Below are positions 22,830 through 34,225 of a DNA stretch of 60,000 bases, piece by piece (the first letter of the stretch is position 1; the number at the start of each line of letters is the position of its first letter). The position numbers and the translations under genes are program-made. The stretch comes from Vicugna vicugna (taxonomy: Eukaryota), in NCBI GenBank assembly GCA_013265495.1, contig MU058844.1:12236184-12296183 (forward strand), read 5' to 3'. The notes below the pieces were generated by a model that saw only the letters and a list, made by a program, of their open reading frames with translations, had not been told where the DNA came from and ran no database searches.

Positions 22830-23656
22830 CTTCCCTATCTCTCCCCATGGACTCACCTCCAGTACTAGCACCAGCATTCGGCATCCCTCCTGCTCGTCTT
22901 TGATTGTGCTTCCAGAGTAAGCCTTCAAAAACTAACAGTCTGATCTAAAATCCTCCATAGTTCCCCATTACCTTAAGGAAAATAGCCAAATTCCTTATTG
23001 TGGTATAGAACAGGGTTTCTCAAATTTTATCAGAATCACCTGAAGGGCTTATTAAAACAAAGATTCCTAGGCCCCCTATCCTTCTCAACTTTTTCCCTAA
23101 AAATGGGTCTAGGGCGGGGCAGAAGAATTTGTAGTCCTAACAAGACCCCAGCTGATGCTGTCTGTCTGGGACCCACCCTTTGAGAACCACTGGTATAGAT
23201 CTTTTATGATCTAGCCCCTACCCACACCTCCTGCTTCATCCCTCACGCCTGCTCCATGGCTGCCAATTGGGTAAAACTGACTAATTGATGACACAGCTGT
23301 CTTACTCAGCAACAACCACCCCCACCTGTGCATATGCTGTTCTCAGCCAGGAATTCCCTCCCCTCCACTCTTTCCCGTGCCCCCCTCATCATATCTGGTA
23401 ACTCTTGTTCAACCCAAAAAAAAAACTCCTTCTGGATGCCTCCCCACACACACTTCTGGGTCCCACATCTGGGTTTAGTGCCACTCCCGTGCTGCCTCTG
23501 TACCCACTTTTCATATCTGAGGTCTAATTACTGTGTGTTTATCTGCCTGCTCCCTCACCAGACTAGCTGTGCTAAGGGCAGAAACTGTAGCTTCCTTATC
23601 CTCATATTCCCAAGTGCCTAGCACATTGGCTGAGATGTTGGAGATCAATAAATGTG
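22830..23656 (+). mobile_element. LINE-2 3' portion interrupted by MER5A
   Basis: 'aaaatcctccatagttccccatt', 'tgatctagccccta', 'cccaagtgcctagcaca...tcaataaatgt'. Confidence 0.75.
23011..23192. mobile_element. hAT-Charlie MER5A
   Basis: TIRs 'cagggtttctcaaa' and 'tttgagaaccactg'; 8-bp TSD gtatagaa (23003-23010) / gtatagat (23193-23200). Confidence 0.9.
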
Positions 23657-23838
23657 GAGGAGGGTGGAGAGAGAGAGGGAGAGGAGGAGGGACATTTTTG
23701 GTTGCTGATTGTGATAATGGTCAAAAACAAAGGAATGGCATAAAGGAAGTAGTAATAATATTAGAAAGGACAGAGGGCGAAAAAGGAATTAGTAGTTCCT
23801 AACATGAACTCCTAGCATGTATCAGATACTGGGTTACA

Positions 23839-24179
23839 TGCAGTTAAATGCATACATTGAAACCCAATCCCCAGTGTGAGGTGTTGGGAGGTGGGGTTTT
23901 GGGGAGGGGATTAGGTCCTGAAGGTAGCACATTCATAAATGGGATCCATGCCCTTGTGAAAAAAAAGCCCAGAGAGTTCCCTTGCTCCTTCCTCCACGTG
24001 AAGACACACTGAGAAGACAGCCATCTAGGAGCCAGGAAGCAGGCTCTCATCAGACACCGAATCTGCTGGCTTTTTGATGTTGGACTTGCCAGCCTCCAGA
24101 ACTGTGAGAAATAAATGTTTGCTGTTTGAGCCACCAGTCTCTGGTATTCCTGTTACAGCAGCCGGAAAGGTTTAAGACA
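23839..24179 (+). mobile_element. ERVL-MaLR solo LTR, MLT1A-like, inserted in a MIR remnant
   Basis: 'ggaggtggggttttggggaggggattaggtc', 'cagacaccgaatctgctggc', 'cagcctccagaactgtgagaaataaatg', ending 'taagaca'; MIR-like flanks. Confidence 0.88.
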
Positions 24180-24312
24180 ATGTTATCTCATCTAGTCCTC
24201 AAAGTGAGATAAATACTACCTGACATATAAGAAATCTAGGGCATGGAAAAGTGAAGTGGCTTGTTCGGCATCCCACAGCTGTGGGGTGGTTGTGGGGCTA
24301 CAGGGGGGTGAC

Positions 24313-24640
24313 TGTAGTGTAGACTTTACTGTAAGTGCCATGAAGAGTTTTCCCCAGGGATAAATTTTTTAGTGTATATCTTGTTAATGTTCATGAGTTT
24401 TTGTTGCTCTGATAAATATCACTTGATCTTGCATCCCCCTTCCCTCCAGAGGGGGTTCTGCCTCACAGGGCAGGGGGACCCTAAGGCTTCATGGAGGCTT
24501 CCCAGACTCAACAGCCCACCCGTGTGAGGGGCTTCTGTGGCTGCTGGGTGTCGCTTCTGTGTGGTCTTGCTCTACCTCTGTATCGTATCCGTAACGTTAT
24601 ATAAATGTGGAACCAACCAACTAAACCAGACAGGTAAACA
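24313..24640 (+). mobile_element. Possible old LTR fragment (family not assigned)
   Basis: Starts 'tgtag' and has LTR-like composition; no clear 3' CA terminus or TSD. Confidence 0.3.
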
Positions 24641-24779
24641 TCTGTTAATACTTCTTCCTTGTCTATATTTCCACTACACTACATTTTACTATAATGGAGG
24701 TAAACATTCACTAGCAAGAAAAATCTGAATAAATTAAAAGTATAGTAGATAAGATTATTTTTCCTCCCTTTGGATATTC

Positions 24780-24780
<1 letters not shown>

Positions 24781-24822
<42 letters not shown>
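24781..24822. repeat. (AC)21 microsatellite
   Basis: Perfect dinucleotide run. Confidence 0.97.
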
Positions 24823-24824
<2 letters not shown>

Positions 24825-25081
24825 CGAAATGAGTTTGTTTGAAAGTAGATTTTATGGACATTTGGGATAAGGCTTCAATGAAAAATTCAGCTAATTTGCT
24901 ACAAATATACCAACTCTTACAGCTCATAAAATCAGTTCGGCATAAACTTGGGAACCATATAGTGACATGGAATAAACGAGTACTGCTCTATAGGAATGTT
25001 CAATTTCCTTGAATCCTGTGTCCTTTACACAGGATTATGCTAAAATCATGAAATGCTTACAGCTACAAGGTATCTTTAGGG

Positions 25082-25257
25082 CAGTGGTTCTTACCTCCGC
25101 TGCAGAGTAGAATCACTTGGGGAGCACTCAAATATCTCTATGCTCATGTTGTACCTCAAGGTAGTTGTACCAGAACCTCCAGGATTGGCACCTAGGCATC
25201 AGGGTTTTAAAAGCCTGCCAGGTGATTCTCATGGACAACCAGGATTAAGGGCCACTT
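25082..25257. mobile_element. hAT-Charlie MER5B-like
   Basis: 'cagtggttctt...agaatcacttggggagc...ccaggtgattct...gggccact'. Confidence 0.75.
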
Positions 25258-25273
25258 CTTCCGAGATGGTCTG

Positions 25274-25451
25274 CAGTGGAATTCAAACCTGGCTCTTTTA
25301 TAGAATTACCTGGGGAATTTTAAAGGCTACCACACCCACGCCCACCTAGAGAGATTTTGATTTGGTTTGGGTGGGGGAGCCCAGTCCTTTCTACACATAA
25401 AAGCAGCCCCAGGGGATTGATGCTAATGAGAGGCAGGTTTGAGAAGTATTG
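25274..25451. mobile_element. hAT-Charlie MER5B-like
   Basis: 'cagtggaattcaaacctggc...agaattacctggggaa...caggtttgagaagtattg'. Confidence 0.7.
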
Positions 25452-25459
25452 TCTTAAAT

Positions 25460-25631
25460 CAATGGTCCTCAAAGCAGAGTCCCTGGGCATCAGCTGGGAA
25501 CTTAGAAATGCAGACTTCAGTCCCAGCCTAGATCAGCTGAGTCAGAAACACTCGTGGTGGGGGTCCCGAATGCTGTGTTTCCACAAGTCTTCCTGATTAT
25601 TCTGATGGGCACTGAAGTTTGGGAACCACTG
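25460..25631. mobile_element. hAT-Charlie MER5A
   Basis: 'caatggtcctcaaag...catcagctgggaacttagaaatgcaga...aagtttgggaaccactg'. Confidence 0.8.
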
Positions 25632-25889
25632 CCTTACAACACGGTATTAATGGCACCCTTCTCCTTTAGAATTAAAAACTCAGCACTATCTTCAGCAAAC
25701 ACCTAATGAATCCCTACCTTGGTGGTTCTAACCAGTTTCCAGGTAACAGGGATGCAGCAGGATCATAGTTTGAGAACTTATTATGTGCCAGGTCCTGTAA
25801 TTATTAGTAATCTTGAGATTTGTTTTATTTTTGTTTTCAGAAGGAACCCATCCCAAAATAAAACCAATATATTGTGGCTCCTTCAAGCT

Positions 25890-26064
25890 GCTGCTGCTTT
25901 TTTTTTTTTTTGAGGTTCTTTTTTTTAATTCAATATTTTTTTGGTGGGGGGGATTAGGTTTGTTTACTTATTTATTTATATTTTTTAAGAGAGGTACTGG
26001 GAATTGAACCCAGGACCTCCTGCATGCTAAGCACTTACTCTACCACTGAGCTATACCCTCCCCC
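25890..26064 (-). mobile_element. tRNA-derived SINE, camelid vic-1-like
   Basis: Minus strand reads GGGGGAGGGTATAGCTCAGTGGTAGAG (A box)...GGTCCTGGGTTCAATTCCCAGTACCTC (B box), then an A-rich tail; TSD tccttcaagct (25879-25889) / tccatcaagct (26066-26076). Confidence 0.85.
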
Positions 26065-26150
26065 TTCCATCAAGCTTCTTAAAAGAAAATTTCTTGTACC
26101 TGATTCCTTAAGTACAAAGTTATGGGAGGATTGTGTAATATAAATATATG

Positions 26151-26181
<31 letters not shown>

Positions 26182-27689
26182 AATTACTCTGATTTACTGG
26201 TTCAGAAAAACCATCGGCATTCAGCACTAAAATCTATGGGCACCAGGGTTATGGATGTGATTGCAAAAAGTTCCTTTACTATACTAGATTGCAGGAAAAA
26301 AAAGAAAAGGAAGAAAAAAATAAAGGATAATCCTTCTCTCCTCAAAGCAAAGCACCAGATCCAGGGCATAAGAAAACTGCTGGTGAAAACTTTGCCCTCT
26401 CTGGCTACACAAATGAGCCTATTTGCCTTCCCAAAGAGGCTACTCTTCTTCCTGTAATTGCATTAAGAAGAAAGAAAAACCTGTTCATTCTCAAAAGGCA
26501 AACACCGTCCCTCTTAGTGCTGTGGTGTCAATGTAGCTATGTAAACCCTGTCCACCCGAACCCACAGACGTTAAAAGAACCCCTGGTTCCCACAGCCTGG
26601 GCTTCTTTCCAGGGGAAAGCACAGACGTTCAGATCACTGAAAGCAAGCAGTGTGTCACTAATCTTTGCCTCTAGACAGGCAGCCAAAGAAAACCCCCAAC
26701 CAGAGCACTCAAAGGAAGACACCCCAGACCATGAAATCTCCTTTCATCCTTTTAGCCGCTTGAATTGATTTCAGGCTACTAACCTGGATCCTTAAGGGAG
26801 GATCTTTCGGGGATAAGCTTTTTTTTTCTTTTTAAAATAGTATGAGACCCTGCCTCTATTTGGCAATTGCTTTTGAAAAGTTCTGAAATAGACTGCTAAA
26901 GCTGCGTTTTCTTTCTGAGACAACTTTAGGACCAGTGGCATTTCTCTGCTCTAACAGATGAGAGCCGCAGGGAGATCCTAAAAGAGCTCTGACTTGCCAG
27001 CTGAAGCATCAGGTGCCCAGTTGCTGAGGAGAGAAAGGGCTTTCTAGGAGTGATCTACCAGCCTGTGTTTACTTGTGGTTTTTCCAAATAGCCGCCATGT
27101 TAATTACTACATCAGCTACTGAACTACTTACTCTCCAAAGGTCTCAGAGTATGAGTGAAGTTTCCTCCCACCAAGGCTGGAGGAAATAAGTCACTGCCAC
27201 ACAGCCAAATGTCACCTCGATTTCTTTTTTCAGGCGTATACACTTAAATCAGCAATGCCGCTCCAAGAAATGTAATTAAGTTGCTTTGGTGAACAGAGAA
27301 CAGCAGTAAGTGGCCTTTAAAAATATCAAAGTGTGAGGGGGGAAAATGTAAAGGGAACAAAAAGTAGATAAAGATGATGAAAAGAAAGGGCACATGAGAA
27401 TGATTGGGTAGGGAGTAGCTATGAGTGGCAAGCCAGCCTTCATTTGGAGAGTGTCAGTTCCAGAGAGACAGCTGGAGTTGATCTCTCTGGGAAAAATAAT
27501 AGAAACAAAAATTTCAAATCAAGGGCTCTTAAAAATAGATTATTACTACCTGAATCTGAAAGTAGCAGTGAGGTTACGTAAGAGAAAGTCCCTGCTCTTA
27601 AGAGATTTCAGCTGAACTGACATTGAAACAGCTACAAAAATAATAATAAATGCTTATGTAAAAATAAAAATGTGTTTGTTTCTTATTGT

Positions 27690-27850
27690 TACACAGAATA
27701 AAAATGCGTCATATATGGAGAAAGAGGATGCAAATGTGACAGGTGTTAACAAAAGGTGTATGTAGGTGAATCCAAGTGAACTGCAATAGACTTGTAACTT
27801 CTCCGCAGGTTTAAAAGTTTTTCCAAATAAAAAGTTTAATTGAAAAAGAA
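27690..27850 (+). mobile_element. Old L1M (L1ME/MC-like) 3' end
   Basis: 'gcaaatgtgacaggtgttaaca...ggtgaatc...cttgtaacttctccgcaggttt...ccaaataaaaagttt'. Confidence 0.55.
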
Positions 27851-30800
27851 CACCTTAATAAAAAATGCTGCAGAGGAAGTTACTCAAAGGAACCATACAA
27901 AAAGAGTTTAAAATGAGGGGCCTGAAAACAGGTTTCAGTCTGTTCTAGAAACCATTAACAGGCGATTGGCGGTACATTCTCCTCTCGTATGACAGTTATT
28001 GTTATTAGAGGTGCTGTGAACACGTTTCAGCGCATCCAAGTAACACAGCACACTACTCTGTACCACGGTGACCTTTTTAATATTCTGCAAATTGATTGCC
28101 AAGCCATTCCTGCTCCCCCTTGTTTATAGCCTGGGTTACCTAGAAGACAATGGGCAAGACTGGGCAGCTGCGAATCTGCATTTCTGTGCTCATCCACACT
28201 CACAGTCACATTTCTCTCCCTCCCAGAGACTTCATGTCAACACTTAGTGTAGGTCTGGAGAGCAGCAGCACCAAGAATCTTCTATAAGGACAGGTTTAAG
28301 AGCCTCAAGCAGTTGTGCGAGCTGCTTAGAGGTTCTCAGTTGAACACCACGAGCAGCAGATTTATACTTTTCTGTATTACAAACTATGAGAGTAAAATTA
28401 TATAACCCTTTAAAAAATGTAGAGTGCACATAACCCTTCAAACCATGATATATACCCAGATTGTTCATCTATTTTTCTATCATTAAATTATCTTTGTCTG
28501 TTGTTTTCATGTATCTTTTTTAATCCATAAAAATGTCCTTCCTTATGCTAAATCTTCATGGATGCTGATCCCACTGACCTTACCCTAAGGTTTCCTCTAA
28601 AAGCCCTGCAACAAGCAATCCTAAACTGCGAATCACACTCAGATCATGAAATAAGAGGAAGTCAACACCTACCTTAAGCTTGATGACTTAGAATTCCCCA
28701 GCAGACACACATTCCCATAAATAACCAACAAAAGTGGACGCAGAAGAAGCCAGGTGTATTCAGTTTCTTCAGAGCAGCTGCCCTGTTTCTGTTAGAACAA
28801 TCCAGATGTTCTAAGTGATGGGGAGAAAATAAACTTCATTTCCAGTACTTGGCTAACATTTACTTGCACACACTTCATTCATATCTTTGGGGGAAAACAA
28901 GCAAAAATGGAATTAGCTAGCATGAAAATAAAATGGAACACAGAGTGATTTTTTCCCCACATGCTGGAGGATATAGAGTAAAGATAAAGCTAGGAAAAGT
29001 TAATCACTTCTTGCCACACACTGACAGCACAAATCGAAATTCAAGATGTGCGTGCTAGGTAGAGACACCAAGAGACTGGTCTCTTTTTCTTTTAGAAATA
29101 AAGAATCAGGGAAGGGAATTTCTATTTGAGTAGCTCAGTACAGAGAAGAATTATACATTCAACTGTCCTTATCAGTGAATACAAAACCGTACTGCCACGG
29201 AACACTCAGTAAGTATAAAATAAGTCGTAAATAGAAAGTTAGGGTCACCTTTTAGTTATTCAACCCTGTAGAGAGTCTAAATTGAATATGCGAAAAAAAG
29301 TTCAGAAACAGCAGACAGTTTTGCTCCTCAACTCAACAGGTCTTTGCAAAATGTATCTCCCTTAAAGGAAATCCTGTTTCTCTCCACATATTCAAAGTCC
29401 CAAGTCCGGTCTAGGAACTTCCTAGACCGTGGAACAGGAGAGCAAGGGAACAGCCTCTTACAGGAACTGGACGTGGGTAGGTATCTGTGGACTTTAACTC
29501 ATTTTTATTCCATCAAACACAGCGACAGGGCTGTACCTTTTCCTCTTACCAACGGATTGACGAGGGCCAGTTGGGGGAGGAAGCTCATCAGCTTCCATTG
29601 ACGGGTTATTGGTTTCTTCTAATGTTTTTGGCAAAGACGCCTTTAGGAACTAAAACACCAGCAAAGACCAGCTTGTTGATTTGTTTATTCCACTCACAGA
29701 ATGCCCGCCTCCCCCCAGCCACAGCTGTTGGGAATTCAAACAGAAAAGTTAACTTATTATAAATAATATGGATAGTGGACAAATAGCAGGTACAGCCCTC
29801 AGGCAAAATTACCATTAAAAAAAAAACTCTTTTCCATAACTTCATGTTATCACTGCCTGCAATCCCCAAATCCTCAAACTACACATTACATTTTATGTAA
29901 TATAGATAGATGCAGACATAATAGACAGACAGACAGACAGATGGATAGAAGTGTATTTGAACCTTTACTGCAAGTCTGATTTACTGCCTGGAAAACTTTT
30001 AAACCTCAGAGTTCCTAAGATATTACATGTGAGGGTTCAGTCTACACATTTGATGAAAATGAACTATCATGTTTCTGATTTATATGTTTCATTAAAATCT
30101 ACTATTTAAATGACTCCTTACTGGCACCTAAGTAGTGTCAAAAAGCGGCACTAGACATAGTGAGAATATGCATGCACACATGGGCTTTAATTTGATTTCC
30201 TACTCTCAAAAAATTCTCAAACAGTTCCTGTTTCTTAAAAGGAACATACTACTTAGCTCAATAAGGACCCCAACTCTGTTTATGGCAAACCAAGGCATTT
30301 CATCCTGAGACCCTCAACATTTTACTCAGAGTGACTCTTCTGCATAAACACATGATTCAAGTCACAATCTGCAATTCGAGATGGAAAGGATGGATATAGG
30401 GCCTAAATCACATGACATGGAATGCAGAGTCGTATCTCAGCTCTTGAACTAACCGTCATAGGAGAGCAGATGTGAAAGCTAATGTCTGTTTCCTTGATGC
30501 TTTGCAGATTAGTGAGGTTCTCCTAGTAATGTATAAACTTGATGTCATGAGTGCTCATGAAGCCAGTTTTATTTCCAGCTGAATCAGGAGTCTTACTTAA
30601 AAGGGTAACTCTTATTACTTCCGCCAAACAACCGTGTTTGTTCTGTGGTAATACCAGAATACCATGTTCTATGGTAATACCAAAGTTTATTTAACTCTTC
30701 CACGCTGGGTTGTACACAGTATCCAATTAGAATGACAGATCCTGGGGCTAGTGAAGATAGATGATTATTTCCTTTATAGGAAAATTTCCCTAATATCTTT

Positions 30801-32539
30801 AGAAACATCTAGGTAAGAACCATTTCTTTCTTGCCAATGCTACCAAATAGGGTATGAGTGGAGAAATATAAACTGAATGCTGGTCATAAGAACATATGCC
30901 CAAAGACAATTTCATTAATTCAAAAATGAAGCCAAATTGAACAAAAAGCTCATAGATGATGTACAGATGATGAGAAAAATATATAGTCCTTCTGATTTCT
31001 TTCCTGAACTCTGAGATTCCTTAGAAGTGATGAGATTTTCATGAGGAAAAGTTAAAGTGATTGCAGGCATAGATTTGTTCCATTGAAGGCAAGTGCAAAC
31101 CCTAGCAAAGCACATATTTTGGAAGGTATATACCCATAAAATTTACTCAGGAGCATCTGACTTCCTTTGAGAGTTTTAAGAGATGACTCAATCAAAGTAT
31201 TCATTTGAAAACTGAGATCCAAGGTCTGTAGTCGGGATTTATAACCATTTTATTACCTTTTTTTCCCCTAAAATTTTCACCAGTCTTTCTACAGGCTGTT
31301 ACATCCTGATGTCTGTGGGAGGCTTCCAACTCTGTTTCAAAGTTCTGAAAAGAAGAATGTTCACAACATGTTATTTTTGTAGAACATCTAACTTTTGAAA
31401 TCCTTCAAAACTCTTTAAAAGGAACTCTCTGGGAGGATATATTTCACCCATACAAGTTGATTAAATTTGTATCCAACAAATCAATTTAAAAAAAAAGTTT
31501 GGAAATAATTATCAGGATTATAACCTCTAATTTTGCGACTCTTGAGTTTTCCAGAACACATGTATAGTAATCAGAGTAATAATACAATAATACATATTTT
31601 TCCCTAACTTAGTTCATAAAGCCTAATTCATATTTCTACTGTCTTTAATATAGCAAAGACCTTTACTTCTTGCTTCAGCATTGTAATTTAATAATTCAAA
31701 TACAGCCTTTTCTTCAGATTTTCTCACTTCAAGATACTTTATAATTTTGCTTGAGACATTTATTTGTTGCCCAACTATAAGTGTAAATGTAACTCAAGAG
31801 TCCTCATGTGATAGAACAGGAGGAAGGAATCTCTAAAGAATGATTACTCAATCAGCAAACTTAGTGCGGACCTATTATGTGCAAGGCAGAGGACCCCCCC
31901 ACTAAAAGAGATAACAAAAATGGCAGAGAACCATTCCTGTACTAAAGAAGCTTTCTGTCGGCTGGGAATGACAGCTTATGAGAATGAAACATTTAAATAG
32001 TAGCATAAGAGAATATACACTTCCATTTGAGGAACCTGCCAGAAAGAACACTAGCGTCCTGTGCATTGCTTCTTACTGCTATGTGGGCAGCCTTGTTGAA
32101 GCTGGGTTCTACACAATTCAAGAATCAATACTACTCAAACAATGACCTGATAATACAGGTCCAAACTCAGGCCTCTGTCATTCCGTATAGACGGAGGAAC
32201 GCACTTCCTCGGTGCTAAGGGAAGAGTGCCTCTCACTTGAGCTCCCAACACTTGTAGGTCTTAGCTCTCAACTTCTGGGGGTCTGGATTAGTTCAATGTC
32301 AACCAACCAGAGACCACTTTGGGTTCCCTCCCTAGGGTGTCAGGAAGCTTTTCTTCTTATATTTTTCAAACACAAAGTTGTTACTCTTCTGAAGAAGGTA
32401 ATACTCTGTGAATTAAAGACAGTTTTACCCTGCTATTGAAGAACCCTTATATCTTTGGAGGAAGATGAAGGTCGATGGTACCTTTTATGATTCCAAGGCA
32501 AAATTCTGGCACCTCTCTTGAGAAAGATTTTTTTAAATT

Positions 32540-32838
32540 GTAAGTAATTACTACGGGATGCAATGTACAACATGATGATTATGGCTGGTGTATGATATAT
32601 AGGAAAGCTGTTATGAGAGTTAAGAGTTCTTTTCATAAAGAGAAAGTTATTTTCATTTTTCTCTTATTCTTCATTTCTTTTCTTTTTAGTGCATCTATAT
32701 AAGAAGACAGATTGTTAGCTGAATCCATTGTGGTAATCATTTCACAATACATGTAAATCAAACCATAATGCTGTATGCCTCACTTATACAGTGACGTATG
32801 TCAATTATTTCTCCATGAAACTGGAAAAAAAATTTAAA
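32540..32838 (+). mobile_element. LINE-1 3' end (L1MA/artiodactyl-type)
   Basis: 'aatgtacaacatgatga...ttgtggtaatcatttcacaatacatgtaaatcaaacc...gtatgtcaattatttctc..aaactggaaaaa'. Confidence 0.8.
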
Positions 32839-33219
32839 GAACTAGAATGACACAGCTTAAAAATTCTTTAGAACGAGATAAACTGCCAACATCACTACTT
32901 TGTTTACCCTTTGTATTTAATAAACTTACATGTCATACAGAAAGAAATAGTAAAAAAAAATTTTTAAAAAAATAGGTAAGCCCTAATGGGATATTCTACT
33001 ATGCACAGATTAATAACATTGAAATGTCTCCCCTATTTTCCAAGTGGGTGTGATAGTGATTTAACAAAGACCTGGGAAAAAAGGTATTAACATTGGTGTT
33101 GGGATGGAGACTCTGTCAACTAGAGCCATTTCCCAAGAACAACTTTACTGAACCTAAAGACTGATCAGGCTTCTTAATAGACAAAAAAATAAAATAGGAA
33201 AAGAAAAAAACAAAGTCAA

Positions 33220-34225
33220 GTGTGAAACAAAGTTTTAAGCCTGGGAAATAAATGAGAATAATACTATGCCATGAGTAAGTAGGAGTTATGTAAATGTAGC
33301 TGATTTTGGATAAAAATGATTAATTCACTTTGAGAAATGTTGGTTTTGAGCATTTTAACAGCAGAACATCCAAATGGAAGTATCTCACGGACAATTTGAA
33401 ATTTTAAAAATAGAACATGGTTAAGAATGAGAAGTTACTGTATAGTGCTGGGAGTCTTCCACTTCTTAGAGAACTGTAGCCTCGTAGATGAGCTCATTAC
33501 GATTAAAGAGTGGGATAAAAAAGATACGTCATCGAAAAAGTCGAAGAAAGTACCAGCCTCTCAGAGATACTGCAGGTTCACCGAAAAGCAAATATTGCAA
33601 TATAGTGAGTCACTCAAATTTTTTGGCTTCCCAGGCACAAACAGAAGTTATGTTTATGCTATCCTCTAGCCTATTAAGTGTGCAATATCATTATGTCTAA
33701 AAAACAATGCATATAGCTCAATTAAACTACTTTATTGCTAAAAAATGCTAACCATCACCTGAGCCTTCCTTAAGTTGTAATCTTTTTGCAGCAGTAACAT
33801 AAAGATCACGGATCACCATAACAATATAGTAATACTTTTACAAGTTCAAAATATCACGAGAATTACCAAAATGAGACACAGAGATGTGAAGTAAGCAGAT
33901 GCTGTTGAAAAAGTGACCCCGACAGACTTATTCGATGCAGAGTTGCCTCAAACCTTCAATTTGTAAGAAACAAAATACCTGAGAAGCGAAATAAAGCGAA
34001 GCATAATAAAACGAGGTATGCCTCGTATGGTCAGAAGGACAGTCGTGTAGTGTTGACTTGGAAGTGGAAAAGAATGTCAGTGTAACACAGAAATCTGTAG
34101 AGAGAGAACATGGAAAACCTAAACTAGAAAACCATCCATTCAAGTGGATGGATGTCAACAGTGTTAAATGTCATGCAGAGATCAGAGGAAACAGAGTCTA
34201 AAAATAAACACTTGGATTTTAAACA
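33220..34225 (-). mobile_element. LINE-2 fragment interrupted by a Tigger1 derivative
   Basis: 'acatccaaatggaagtatc', 'gtagatgagctca', 'gtcaacagtgttaaatgtcatgcagagatcag'. Confidence 0.55.
33553..34025 (-). mobile_element. Tigger1 internal-deletion derivative (Tigger1a_Art-like)
   Basis: Both Tigger1 ends present ('ctcagagatactgcaggttc' ... 'aataaaacgaggtatgcct') and flanked by TA; 'ctattaagtgtgcaata..attatgtctaaaaaac'. Confidence 0.85.

Noticed and set aside
23844..24134. 96-aa ORF resembling database 'hypothetical proteins'
   Set aside because: Antisense translation of the MLT1A LTR.
25990..26064. Possible tRNA-Ala gene on the minus strand
   Set aside because: It is followed by a SINE body and A-rich tail and flanked by a TSD, so it is a SINE head rather than a tRNA gene.
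29900..29945. TAGA/GACA simple repeats; also the (TA)n-T tract at ~26140-26181 and short (CA)n runs
   Set aside because: Common short microsatellites.
30840..31110. Purine-rich stretch that looked like a processed pseudogene or CR1/L3 fragment
   Set aside because: No recognisable peptide, poly(A) or TSD could be established.
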